Below, in pieces: positions 45,551 to 54,118 of a DNA stretch of 64,000 bases (the stretch's first letter is position 1; each line of letters begins with the position of its first letter). Source of the DNA: an uncultured Microthrixaceae bacterium. Its GTDB lineage: Bacteria > Actinomycetota > Acidimicrobiia > Acidimicrobiales > VFJN01. The notes beneath the pieces are model-generated. The model saw only the letters and a list, made by a program, of their open reading frames with translations. It ran no database searches and was not told the origin of the DNA. The stretch covers positions 2,683,788-2,747,787 of the forward strand of contig OY970242.1 of NCBI GenBank assembly GCA_963715505.1, in the 5' to 3' direction. The position numbers and the translations under genes were made by a program.

Positions 45551-47890
45551 TCACCCCTGGAGGATCCGGCGCAGCAGGGCGACGGCGGCGTGCTTGTCGA
45601 GGTGCTCGTTGCCGTTGCCGCACTTGGGCGACTGGACGCACGAGGGGCAGCCGGACTCGCAGGGGCAGGCGGCGATGCTCTCGAGCGTCGCCGCCAGGTG
45701 GCGGTCGCCGGCCTCGTAGCCGAGCTCGGCGACACCGGCACCGCCGGGCATGGCGTCGTAGATCACGATCGTCGGCCGGCCGGTGTCGGCCTGGCATGCC
45801 GTCGACACGCCGCCGACGTCCCACCGGTCGCAGATGGCGAACAGCGGCAGCATGCCGATGGCAGCGTGCTCGATGGCGTGGAGGGCGGCGGGCAGCCGGG
45901 TGCGGTCGAGCGCGGCCTCCTCGGCGAGGCGCGGGTCGACGACGTACCACAGTGCCCGCGTGTCGAGGCGTGCGCTGGGCAGGTCGAGCGCGGCGGTGGC
46001 CACCACGACGCCGGACAGCGACTCCTTGCGCTGGTAGCCCACGACCTGCGTCTCGACCTCTGCCTCGCCGAGGAACAGCCACGCCGCCCCGACCGGGCGC
46101 ACCTGCTCGGCCGACCGGAGCCGGATCCGCGTGTCGCTGCGCGCGACGGTGTAGGTCGATCCGTCGTCTGCCTCGACCACGGCCACGCCGGCATCGAGAT
46201 CGAGCGACTGCACGCGCCAGTGCTGGCCCTGATGGAGGTAGGAGGCACCGGGGTGGACCTGGGCCGGGGCCCGTGCCCGGTCGACGTCGCCGACCTGGCG
46301 CCCGCTGCCGGCGGCGACGATGCGCACGGGTGCACCCCCGGCGTTGCGCAGCCCCACGCCGTGCGTCGGCCAGCCGCTGCCGTTCCAGACCGCCATCGGC
46401 TCGCCGCGCCGGCCCCGGTGGCGCACGAGCAGCTCCTCGGCCAGGACCAGCCGCCGCACGCCGTCGTCGAGCGACCCCGGCCACCAGCGCGCATCGGCAT
46501 GGGTGAGGGGCAGCTCGTGCGCGGCGCAGCGCAGGTGCGGGTCGAGCACGAAGGGGTTCTCAGGGTTCACGACGGCGGGCTCGGGGCCGCGCTCGAGCAG
46601 CGCGTCGGGATGCGCCGCCAGCCACTGGTCGAGCTGGTCGTCGCCGGTGACCAGCACCGCCGCGGAGGCCTCACCATGGCGGCCGGACCGCCCCGCCTGC
46701 TGCCAGAACGACGCGATGGTGCCCGGGAAGCCGTCGAGGACGACGGCGTCGAGGCCGCCGACGTCGATGCCGAGCTCGAGGGCGGACGTGGCGATCACGC
46801 CGGAGAGCCTCCCGGCGAACAGGTCGTCCTCGATGGCGCGTCGCTCCTCGGCGAGGTAGCCGCCGCGGTAGGCCCGGATGCGGTTGGCGAGCCGGCGTGG
46901 CAGGCGACGGCGCACGTCGGCGGCCACGATCTCCACGCCTCGCCGGCTGCGAGCGAAGCCGAGCGTCGTGCAGCCCGCCTCCACCAGGCCCGCCACCACC
47001 GTGGCGGCCTCACCGTGGACCGACGCCCTGGCACCCGTGCGGGCGTCGAGCAGCGGTGGCTGCCAGAGGGCGAGCGTGCGAGGCCCGCGCGGCGACCCGT
47101 CGTCGAGCACCGGGGTGGTGTCGACCCCGGTGAGCGCAGAGGCCAGCCGCTGCGGTTCGCCGATGGTGGCCGAGGTGCAGATGAACACCGGATCGGCGCC
47201 GTGGTGCACCGCGAGTCGCCGCAGGCGCCGCAGCAGCTGCGCGACGTGGCTGCCGAAGACCCCCCGGAAGGCGTGGAGCTCGTCGACGACGACGTAGCGC
47301 AGGCGCCCGAGGAAGGTGGACCAGCGCTCGTGGTGGGGCAGCAGGCCGGCGTGGAGCATCTCCGGGTTGGTGAGCACGACCGTCGCGGTCTTGCGGATCC
47401 AGCTGCGCTCCTCGGAGCTGGCGTCACCGTCGTAGGCACCGGCCACCACCCCCGGGAGGTCGAGCTCGGTGAGGGCGCGGAGCTGGTCGTGTGCGAGCGC
47501 CTTGGTGGGGAACAGGACCAGGGCGGTACCGGGCCGGATGGGCGCCACGGCCGCCTCGGCGATCGGCAGCTGGTAGCAGAGCGACTTGCCCGAAGCCGTC
47601 CCGCTGGCCACGACGACGGAGCGCCCCGAGCGCGCCAGGTCGATCGCCTCGACCTGGTGGGTCCACAGCCGATGCTCGAGGCGCGCGCGGACCGAGGGCG
47701 GGAGCGGGCGGGCGAGCTCCGCGTGCCGCCCCGGGCGCGCCGGGAGCTCCACGAGGTGGATGAGCCGGGCCGGCAGCTGGTCGGGGGTGGGCCGCGAGGA
47801 CGCGGCGCGCGCCCGGTCGAGGCGCTCCAGCACTCCCGCGAACGAGGTGGCGCCGGCGCGATCGGGGAGCGGCAGGGGCAGGATGGCCAT
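45551..47890 (-). CDS. DEAD/DEAH-box helicase with a C-terminal DUF1998 zinc module (MrfA/YprA-like)
   Basis: ATG 47890 (MAILPLPLPDRAG...). Motif I ASGTASGKSL, motif II VVVDELH, then SATIG. C-terminal four-Cys module: CPCESGCPSCVQSPKCGNGNEHLDK. Confidence 0.9.
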   Translation of the reverse strand: MAILPLPLPDRAGATSFAGVLERLDRARAASSRPTPDQLPARLIHLVELPARPGRHAELARPLPPSVRARLEHRLWTHQVEAIDLARSGRSVVVASGTASGKSLCYQLPIAEAAVAPIRPGTALVLFPTKALAHDQLRALTELDLPGVVAGAYDGDASSEERSWIRKTATVVLTNPEMLHAGLLPHHERWSTFLGRLRYVVVDELHAFRGVFGSHVAQLLRRLRRLAVHHGADPVFICTSATIGEPQRLASALTGVDTTPVLDDGSPRGPRTLALWQPPLLDARTGARASVHGEAATVVAGLVEAGCTTLGFARSRRGVEIVAADVRRRLPRRLANRIRAYRGGYLAEERRAIEDDLFAGRLSGVIATSALELGIDVGGLDAVVLDGFPGTIASFWQQAGRSGRHGEASAAVLVTGDDQLDQWLAAHPDALLERGPEPAVVNPENPFVLDPHLRCAAHELPLTHADARWWPGSLDDGVRRLVLAEELLVRHRGRRGEPMAVWNGSGWPTHGVGLRNAGGAPVRIVAAGSGRQVGDVDRARAPAQVHPGASYLHQGQHWRVQSLDLDAGVAVVEADDGSTYTVARSDTRIRLRSAEQVRPVGAAWLFLGEAEVETQVVGYQRKESLSGVVVATAALDLPSARLDTRALWYVVDPRLAEEAALDRTRLPAALHAIEHAAIGMLPLFAICDRWDVGGVSTACQADTGRPTIVIYDAMPGGAGVAELGYEAGDRHLAATLESIAACPCESGCPSCVQSPKCGNGNEHLDKHAAVALLRRILQG

Positions 47891-47998
47891 GGGGCACGAC
47901 GAGCGTACGCCTCCCGGGCGCCGCATCACAGTGCTGTAGTTCCATCGATGTCGTGCGACGGAGCGCTGGCGCGCGGCGATAGGTTCCTGGCCGTGGAC

Positions 47999-48344
47999 AT
48001 GACGGTCGAGGTGGAGCTGGTGGGCGATTGGAGCGTCATCCGCGTCGCCGGGGAGATCGACGTCGCCACCGCGCCACGCCTGCCGCGAGCAGATCGTCGC
48101 CCTGGTGACCAACGGCCAGCGCCGGCTCGTGCTCGACCTCGAGTCCGTCGAGTTCATGGACTCCACGGGCCTGGGCGTCGTCGTGGGCGCGCTCAAGCGG
48201 ACCCGCTCGCACGGCGGCGATCTGCGCTTGGTCTCGACGCGGCCGGCGCTGCGCCGACTCTTCGAGCTCACCTCCCTCGACCGCGCGCTTCCGTTGGCGG
48301 ACAGCGTCGCCGACGTGGTCTCGGGCGGGACGGCCGAGGGCTGA
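47999..48344 (+). pseudogene. STAS-domain anti-sigma-factor antagonist with an apparent +1 frameshift at about 48083
   Basis: The N-terminus ([28 protein letters not shown]) is in the frame of ORF 45590..48526. The remainder ([39 protein letters not shown]...) is in the frame of ORF 48105..48344. The junction reads CGC CTG C CGC GAG. Confidence 0.65.
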
Positions 48345-48347
48345 GCC

Positions 48348-48779
48348 GTGACCCGCGTGGTGGAGCTCGAGATCCCGCCGCGCAGCGATCACCTGGCCCT
48401 GGTGCGACTCGTCGTCACCAGCGCGGCCAGCCTCGGCGGCGGGTTCGCGGATCGCCGCGTCGACGACCTGCGCCTGGCCGTCTCGGAGGCGTGCGCCAAC
48501 GCCGTCGACGCTGCGCTGGGGGCTGATGGCGGTGGCGTGGTGACGGTTCGCATCGAGGTCGACGAGGCGGCGGTGGCGGTCACGGTCACCGATCACGCCG
48601 GTGGCTTCGAGCCTGCCGAGGTCGAGGCGATCCCGGGCGCCACCGAGCCCGGCCGGCTGCGCCACGAGCACGGGCTGGGCATCCCGCTGATGCGCTCGCT
48701 GGTCGACGAGGTGACCTTCACGCGCACCGCCGACGGCACAGCCGTGCGCCTCACGGTGCGCGAGGACAGCGCCCGCTGA
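48348..48779 (+). CDS. anti-sigma-factor serine kinase (RsbW/SpoIIAB-like HATPase)
   Basis: Starts 4 nt after the STAS stop. Sequence: LRLAVSEACANAV (N-box), VTDHAGGF, GLGIPLMRSLVDEV (G-boxes). Confidence 0.8.
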   Translation: MTRVVELEIPPRSDHLALVRLVVTSAASLGGGFADRRVDDLRLAVSEACANAVDAALGADGGGVVTVRIEVDEAAVAVTVTDHAGGFEPAEVEAIPGATEPGRLRHEHGLGIPLMRSLVDEVTFTRTADGTAVRLTVREDSAR

Positions 48780-48792
48780 GCGCCCGCCCGGC

Positions 48793-48825
48793 GTCGCAGG
48801 AATTTCTTCCTCCGACGGGTTTGGG
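48793..48825 (+). terminator. possible intrinsic terminator of the STAS/RsbW operon
   Basis: GTCGCAGGAA-TTTC-TTCCTCCGAC hairpin (one 2-nt internal mismatch) followed by GGGTTTGGG. Confidence 0.35.
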
Positions 48826-48887
48826 CTGCGATCGAGTGGGGTACACCGTTCACTACACCCCCGTGCAGCCATGCGTTGACCAGGGGC

Positions 48888-48916
48888 TTGTCATCTAATC
48901 GAAACCGTTGTAACGT
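48888..48916 (+). promoter_or_regulatory. sigma-70-type promoter candidate (TTGTCA-17 nt-TAACGT)
   Basis: -35 TTGTCA (48888-48893), a 17-nt spacer, and -10 TAACGT (48911-48916, fits TANNNT). It lies in a locally AT-rich patch with no downstream ORF. Confidence 0.35.
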
Positions 48917-48922
48917 GATCGC

Positions 48923-49043
48923 AATCTTGCTGGAGGGGCACGCCGAAGGCGCCCAAGCCAGCAGCTGGATCTCGGGGCACCGGTCCCGCCGTCGGTCTGT
49001 CCGCCCGCCCCGACGGCGTAGGGCCGGTGCCTCGGGCGTTTTC
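48923..49043 (+). ncRNA. candidate small RNA (~120 nt) bounded by the promoter above and a strong intrinsic terminator
   Basis: Hairpin 1: GCTGGAGGGGCACGCCGAAGGCGCCCAAGCCAGC. The terminal compound hairpin spans 48974-49031: GGGGCACCGGTCCC / GCCGTCGG - C-rich 14-nt loop - CCGACGGC / GGGCCGGTGCC. It is followed by TCGGGCGTTTTCG. No credible ORF; sits in a 308-bp convergent gap. Confidence 0.3.
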
Positions 49044-49087
49044 GCCGCCATCGCCGGCGACCTGCTGGCCCAGCAAGCGCGAGCGCC

Positions 49088-49696
49088 CTACGCGCCGACC
49101 TCCCGGCGGCCCTCCAGCGCCCGTCCGAGGGTCAGCTCGTCGGCGTACTCGAGGTCGCCTCCGACGGGGAGGCCGCTGGCGATGCGCGTGACGCGCACGT
49201 CGAGGTCCTTGAGCAGCCGCCCCAGGTACATCGCGGTGGCCTCTCCCTCGAGGTTGGGGTTCGTGCAGAGGATGACCTCCACGACGCCTTCGGCGTCGAT
49301 GCGGGTCAGCAGCTCGCGGATCCGCAGCTGCTCGGGGCCGATGCCCTCGATGGGGCTGATGGCGCCCTGCAGCACGTGGTAGCGGCCGTGGAACTCCTGG
49401 GTCTTCTCCACGGCCACGATGTCGCGCGGCTCCTCGACGACGCAGAGGATCGTGGGATCGCGCCGAGCGTCGTCGCAGAGCGCGCAGGCATCGCCCTCGG
49501 CGATGTTGAAGCAGCGCTGGCAGAAGCGCACGCGGTCCTTGGCCACCACGATGGCGTTGGCGAGGCGCAGGGCGTCGGGCTTGTCCAGCTTCAGGAGGTG
49601 GAACGCGATGCGCTGCGCGGACTTGGGGCCGATCCCCGGCAGACGGCCCAGCTCATCGATCAGCTCCTGCACCGACGCTGCGTAGACGCTCGGCAT
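49088..49696 (-). CDS. recR: recombination protein RecR
   Basis: [24 protein letters not shown] (HhH), Zn finger [16 protein letters not shown], Toprim [22 protein letters not shown]. Confidence 0.95.
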   Translation of the reverse strand: MPSVYAASVQELIDELGRLPGIGPKSAQRIAFHLLKLDKPDALRLANAIVVAKDRVRFCQRCFNIAEGDACALCDDARRDPTILCVVEEPRDIVAVEKTQEFHGRYHVLQGAISPIEGIGPEQLRIRELLTRIDAEGVVEVILCTNPNLEGEATAMYLGRLLKDLDVRVTRIASGLPVGGDLEYADELTLGRALEGRREVGA

Positions 49697-50067
49697 CAGC
49701 CACCTCCGAGCAGGTCGCCGAGGGGCCCCATCGCCTCGCGCTGGACGTCCTGCAGCCGGGCGTTCACGTCGTGCAGGGCGGCGAGCACGAGGTCCTCCAG
49801 CATCCCGACGTCGTCGGGGTCGACCGCCGCGGGGTCGATCGTCACGCCGAGCACCTGGCCCGTGCCCGTGGCGCGGATGCGAACCACGCCGCCGCCCGCG
49901 ACGCCCTCCACCTCGCGCTCGGCGGCCTGCGCCTGGGCAGCCATCAGCTCCTGGGCCTGTGCCAGCAGGCCGCCGAGCCCCTCACCGCCGAGCGCGTCGA
50001 GGCCGGGCAGGGCAGGCAGCGACGACCCGCTGTCGGGGTGGTCTGGCTGGTCGGGCGCGTCGCTCAC
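49696..50067 (-). CDS. ybaB: YbaB/EbfC-family nucleoid-associated protein
   Basis: GTG 50067 is in frame with ORF 49696..50496. Sequence: ...[68 protein letters not shown]. Its stop overlaps the recR ATG. Confidence 0.85.
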   Translation of the reverse strand: MSDAPDQPDHPDSGSSLPALPGLDALGGEGLGGLLAQAQELMAAQAQAAEREVEGVAGGGVVRIRATGTGQVLGVTIDPAAVDPDDVGMLEDLVLAALHDVNARLQDVQREAMGPLGDLLGGG

Positions 50068-50089
50068 GTCGGAAGCGTACGCGCCAGCC

Positions 50090-51871
50090 TCAGGCTCCAG
50101 GCTCCTCGACGAGCTCGGCACCCGGGAAGGCCTCCGACAGCCGGTCGACGCCGCTGGTCGCGTCCGGCGCGTCCTCGAGCGCGTGGACGTCGATGGCCTC
50201 GTCGTCCTCGGCCGCCGGCGCAGGGGCAGCGGGACCGGCGCCTGCCGGGGGCGGCCCGCCCGCCTCGACGTCGGTGACGAGGCGCAGCGGGACGGGTCGC
50301 CCGAAGTGCGCGGCCAGGGCGGCCTCGACCTCGGGACGCTTCTTCTCGCAGTGATCGCGCGTCGGCGCGTTTGCGAGCGCGAACACCGCCGACCGCGGCT
50401 CGGACTCGGCGAAGCGCCCCGTGCCGAACACCGCCTTGGTGCCAGGCTTGAGGGCCCCGCGCACGGCCCCGGCCCAGGCCTGCTCGAGCTCCTCACGGGT
50501 GGGAACGCCTCCGGTGCCGGCGTCGGGGTCCGGGGCGGGCCGGGGCTCGTCGCGCGGTGGCGCGCTCGCCGGAGGTGCGGCCGCCTTCTTCACCGGCGCA
50601 CGGACCGGGGCCACCTTCGCCGCCGCTGCCGGCGCCGCTGTGGCAGCGGGTGACGCCTTGGCCTTGGCGAGCTCCTCACGGGCCGCTGCCGCCGGCCCAG
50701 CGCCCGGCGCGGGGGCGACCGCGCCCGCGCCCTCGGGCCGCGCCGGCGCGGTCGGGGCGCCCGAGGCGAGGGCGCGCTCGATGCGCTCGAGGCGATCGAA
50801 GACCGCGTCGAGCGAGCGGTCGGCCGCCGGGCGGCACAGCCGCACCAGCGCCACCTCCAGCACGATCCGCGGATCTGGCTTCTTCGGGAGCTCGACGAGC
50901 GCGTCGCCCAGCACCTCCAGCGCCCGGGTGAGACCGGCCGCGCCGAGCTGCCCGCCGAGCGCGGCCGCTCGCTGGAGATCGCTCGGGGGCAGGTGCCGGT
51001 CGGGTGCCTGCATCTCCGCCAGGAAGGCGTCGCGCAGCCGACCGATGAGCACCTCACCGAGCGCTCGCGGATCGCGCCCGGCTGCGGTTGCCTCCGCCAC
51101 CGCGACCAGCGCCGCGCCGGCGTCGTGCACGGCGAGCGCGTCGAGGATCGCCTCGACCGGCTGCGCGTCCGGCAGCACCCCACCCATGGCGGCGACCTGG
51201 TCGAGCGCCGACAGCGTGTCGCGCGCCGATCCGCCACCCCGGCGCACGACGTGCTCGATGGCCTCCTCGCCGAGCTCGAGCCCGGCGTCGGCGATGACGT
51301 GGCGGACGTGGTCGGCGAGCTCCTCGGCGGGGAGCAGGTGGAACTCGAAGTGCTGGGTGCGGCTGCGGATGGTCGGCAGCACCTTCTGCGGGTCGGTGGT
51401 GGCGAGGATGAACACGACGTGGGACGGGGGCTCCTCCAGCGACTTCAGCAGGGCGTTGGACGCGCCGGTGCTGAGCATGTGGACCTCGTCGAGGATCACC
51501 ACCTTGCGGTTGCCCGACGTGCCGAGGGGGATGCGCTCGATCAGCTCGCGGATGTTGGCCACGCCGTTGTTGGAGGCGGCATCGAGCTCGAGCAGCCAGT
51601 CGACGATGCGGCCCTCATCGACCGCCACGCAGTTGGCGCACTCGCAGCACGGCTCGCCGTCGACGGGTGCCTCGCAGTTGAGGACCTTGGCGAGGATGCG
51701 GGCGGTCGAGGTCTTGCCGGTGCCCCGCGGCCCGCTGAAGAGGTAGGCGTGCCCGACGCGGTCCTCGAGCACGGCGGTGCGCAGCGCGCGCATGACGTGG
51801 TCCTGCCCGCGCTGCTCGCCGAAGCGCTTGGAGCGGTAGCGCCGGTACAGCGCCTGGTACCCATCGGCCAT
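50090..51871 (-). CDS. dnaX: DNA polymerase III subunits gamma/tau
   Basis: ATG 51871. Sequence: MADGYQALYRRYRSKRFGEQRGQDHVMRAL...YLFSGPRGTGKTSTARILAK.LNC (Walker A, Zn module CCECANC), ILDEVHML, and a Pro/Ala-rich tau linker. Confidence 0.9.
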   Translation of the reverse strand: MADGYQALYRRYRSKRFGEQRGQDHVMRALRTAVLEDRVGHAYLFSGPRGTGKTSTARILAKVLNCEAPVDGEPCCECANCVAVDEGRIVDWLLELDAASNNGVANIRELIERIPLGTSGNRKVVILDEVHMLSTGASNALLKSLEEPPSHVVFILATTDPQKVLPTIRSRTQHFEFHLLPAEELADHVRHVIADAGLELGEEAIEHVVRRGGGSARDTLSALDQVAAMGGVLPDAQPVEAILDALAVHDAGAALVAVAEATAAGRDPRALGEVLIGRLRDAFLAEMQAPDRHLPPSDLQRAAALGGQLGAAGLTRALEVLGDALVELPKKPDPRIVLEVALVRLCRPAADRSLDAVFDRLERIERALASGAPTAPARPEGAGAVAPAPGAGPAAAAREELAKAKASPAATAAPAAAAKVAPVRAPVKKAAAPPASAPPRDEPRPAPDPDAGTGGVPTREELEQAWAGAVRGALKPGTKAVFGTGRFAESEPRSAVFALANAPTRDHCEKKRPEVEAALAAHFGRPVPLRLVTDVEAGGPPPAGAGPAAPAPAAEDDEAIDVHALEDAPDATSGVDRLSEAFPGAELVEEPGA

Positions 51872-51920
51872 CGGACGGACCCTACCGGTCCGGCCGGGCA
51901 CAGCGACGGGCCCGCTCCCC

Positions 51921-52032
51921 CATGTGACGGTCAGGCGATCTGCGGCACACCGCAGGCTCCGCTGAGAGCTGCTGCCTCCCGGCCCTGACTCGGTTCACGG
52001 ACTGCGATTGCACAGGACCCGACCGCCACATG
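51921..52032 (-). ncRNA. ffs: signal recognition particle RNA (small/4.5S type); ends +/-10 nt
   Basis: The minus strand reads ...GUGAACCGAGUCAGGGCCGGGAGGCAGCAGCUCUCAGCGG..., matching the domain IV core GUCAGGUCCGGAAGGAAGCAGC of E. coli 4.5S. The closing helix pairs CAUGUGGCGGUC with GACCGUCACAUG. It is in the classical position upstream of dnaX. Confidence 0.75.
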
Positions 52033-52096
52033 CGAGAGCGGGCCGACCGACACGATAGCCTCATCGGTCCTGGCTGCCACCCCCGGGTGGACCCCT

Positions 52097-52184
52097 GGAG
52101 GGGTGCGAGAGCGGCCGAATCGGCACGCTTGGAAAGCGTGTGAGGGGCAACCCTCCGTGGGTTCGAATCCCACCCCCTCCGCCA
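52097..52184 (+). tRNA. tRNA-Ser (anticodon GGA), CCA encoded
   Basis: Acceptor GGAGGGG/CCCCTCC. Anticodon arm CACGC-TTGGAAA-GCGTG. Long variable arm. T-arm GTGGGTTCGAATCCCAC. Confidence 0.9.
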
Positions 52185-52198
52185 CGCTCGTCGCTGCG

Positions 52199-53285
52199 TC
52201 AGCGGCGCGAGCAGAGCAGCACGCCGAGCGCGCAGCGCCGCTCCGGCGCCTCCTCCGAAGGGGGTGGCGATGGCGGCTCGGAGGGCTGCGTGGGCTCCGA
52301 CGAGGGTGGCGAGCTGCGCCCGTCGAACCGCACCGTGCCCGCCTGGTCGAGCTGCACCGGCCGCCGATCCGGGCAGCGACGCGGCCAGCTGCGAGTCGGC
52401 GTAGGCGAAGGCCTGCTGCACGGTGGGACCGGCGCGGCCTTGCAGCCACCCCTCGCGGATCATGTGGTGCACGAGGTACGACGCGCCGTGGCTGCTGCTC
52501 TCGTAGGCGAGCTGGTTCGCGCCCGCCGCCCCCGTGAGGACCCGTCCGGGTGCGAGCGCCTCCGTGAAACCACCCGCGTAGCAGGTGGCGAGCAGCAGCC
52601 AGACCTTGTCGGCGACCGTCGGGGCGAGCAGGGCGGCAAGATCCTCGTCGGTGAGGAGCGCGCCGTCGGCGGTGATGATCGCCTCGGTGTCGTCGTCGAG
52701 CTTGCGGACGTGACCGGCGTAGGCCAAGACCATCGTCGACGCGGGTCCGGCACGGGCGACGAGCGCGCGGACGGACGCGACGAGCTGGCGGTGCGTGGCC
52801 TGACTGTCCCGCAGCACGACGCGGTTGCCCCGCGGCACGTCGAAGCCGGCGAGCGCCGCGTCGATGGCGTTGGCGTCGGCGACCGCGAACCGCAGGTCCG
52901 ACGCGCTGCCCGGGTAGTCGTCGATGCCGACGACGAGGGCGTACACCCCGTCGTCCGACGTGCCGACGCTCGCCGGAGCGAACGTGGTGGCCGGCGCCGC
53001 AGGCTCTGCCACCGGGCCGGAGAGCTCGACCGGCGGCACGATCGGCACCTCGTCGACGGGAGCGGCGGGCGGGGGCGCTGCCGCCACGGGAGGCGCAGCG
53101 ATGATGCGCGGCTCGGACGCTCCAGCGGTGCCCGGCGGTGACCGCCGCTCAGCAGGTGGCGCCCCGGGCGCGGCCTCCATGGCCGCTCGGTCGAGCCAGC
53201 GCCCGTCGGGCACCACCTGGATGGCGCCGGGGATGGCGGCGAGGGCAACCGCGACGACGGTCGCCTTCAGCCGACCCGATCGCAT
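52199..53285 (-). pseudogene. secreted caspase-like (peptidase C14) protein with an apparent +1 frameshift near 52366-52374
   Basis: ATG 53285 (MRSGRLKATVVAVALAAIPGA...). Caspase-type core: YALVVGIDDYPGS...LAYAGHV...LLLATCYAGGF. The track ORF (51882..53408) then reads antisense through tRNA-Ser and ffs. Shifting one base at CTG CC(C) GAT gives PDRRPVQLDQAGTVRFDGRSSPP...CALGVLLCSRR*, with its stop at 52201-52199, 15 nt from the tRNA. Confidence 0.6.
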
Positions 53286-53395
53286 CCCGCCCGCCCTCCG
53301 ACCATCCGCCCGGACGGCCCCAGCGCCGTCCGATCGAACCCCTCCATGCAAGGTTCGACACCGCTGCGCCCCTTCCTGCCAACCCCAAACCCCGC

Positions 53396-53444
53396 GTTTC
53401 GGCGGCACTTGCTACGGGTCTTGCTGGACTTCTGCCGCAGGAAC
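53396..53444. repeat. GGTCTTG-loop hairpin element, copy 4 (degenerate left arm)
   Basis: GTTTCGGCGGCACTTGCTACG-GGTCTTG-CTGGACTTCTGCCGCAGGAAC. The right half is near-identical to 11907-11934. Confidence 0.65.
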
Positions 53445-53474
53445 GTGGGGTGGGTGCCCGGTTAGCGTCGTGAC

Positions 53475-53942
53475 GTGGCGGACAACGCGGTCACCCCAGG
53501 CGACGAGGCCGCCATGGAGGCGGCGCTGGAGGAGGCGCGCCGTGCCGGCGACGCCGGGGACGTGCCGATCGGCGCCGTCGTGGTGGTGGGCGGCGAGATC
53601 GTGGCGCGCGCGGGCAACGAGCGCGAGCGCCGACACGACCCCACCGCGCATGCCGAGCTCCTGGCGCTGCGGGCGGCAGCCGAGGCGCTCGGCCGCTGGC
53701 GGCTCGACGACGCGACGGTGGTCGTGACGCTCGAGCCGTGCCCGATGTGCGCGGGCGCGCTGGTGGCGGCACGCGTGGCACGCCTGGTCTACGGCGCCGC
53801 CAACGTCGACAGCGGCGCGTGCGGCACGCTCTACAACCTCTGCACCGACCCCCGCCTCAACCACGAGGTCCAGGTCGTGCCCGGCGTCAGCGCTGGAGCC
53901 GCCGCGGCGTTGCTCGACGCCTTCTTCTCGACGCGGCGCTGA
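53475..53942 (+). CDS. tadA: tRNA-specific adenosine deaminase
   Basis: MEAALEEARRA...DVPIGAVVV...DPTAHAELLALR...TLEPCPMCAGAL (the HAE...PCxxC CDA signature). Confidence 0.9.
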   Translation: MADNAVTPGDEAAMEAALEEARRAGDAGDVPIGAVVVVGGEIVARAGNERERRHDPTAHAELLALRAAAEALGRWRLDDATVVVTLEPCPMCAGALVAARVARLVYGAANVDSGACGTLYNLCTDPRLNHEVQVVPGVSAGAAAALLDAFFSTRR

Positions 53943-53987
53943 CCGGCCCGTTCGGAGGCCGAGGGGCGGCCAGGTATCCTCCGGAGC

Positions 53988-54074
53988 GGAGAGCTGCCAG
54001 AGCGGACGAATGGGACGGTCTCGAAAACCGTTGTGGCTTTCGGGTCACCGTGGGTTCGAATCCCACGCTCTCCG
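53988..54074 (+). tRNA. tRNA-Ser (anticodon CGA)
   Basis: Acceptor GGAGAGC/GCTCTCC. Anticodon arm ACGGT-CTCGAAA-ACCGT. Long variable arm. T-arm GTGGGTTCGAATCCCAC. No encoded CCA. Confidence 0.9.
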
Positions 54075-54080
54075 CCGCGC

Positions 54081-54108
54081 GAAGGGCGGCCCGCCGGGGC
54101 CGCCCTTC
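54081..54108. terminator. perfect 11-bp GC hairpin between tRNA-Ser and the convergent gene
   Basis: GAAGGGCGGCC-CGCCGG-GGCCGCCCTTC. No clear U-tract, so its function as a terminator is inferred from position only. Confidence 0.45.
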
Positions 54109-54118
54109 AGGCCACGCC

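Noticed and set aside
50090-51871. Programmed ribosomal frameshift in dnaX (gamma/tau), as in E. coli.
   Set aside because: No A-rich slippery heptamer (A AAA AAG type) or any T/A run is visible in the gene, so there is no basis to claim it.
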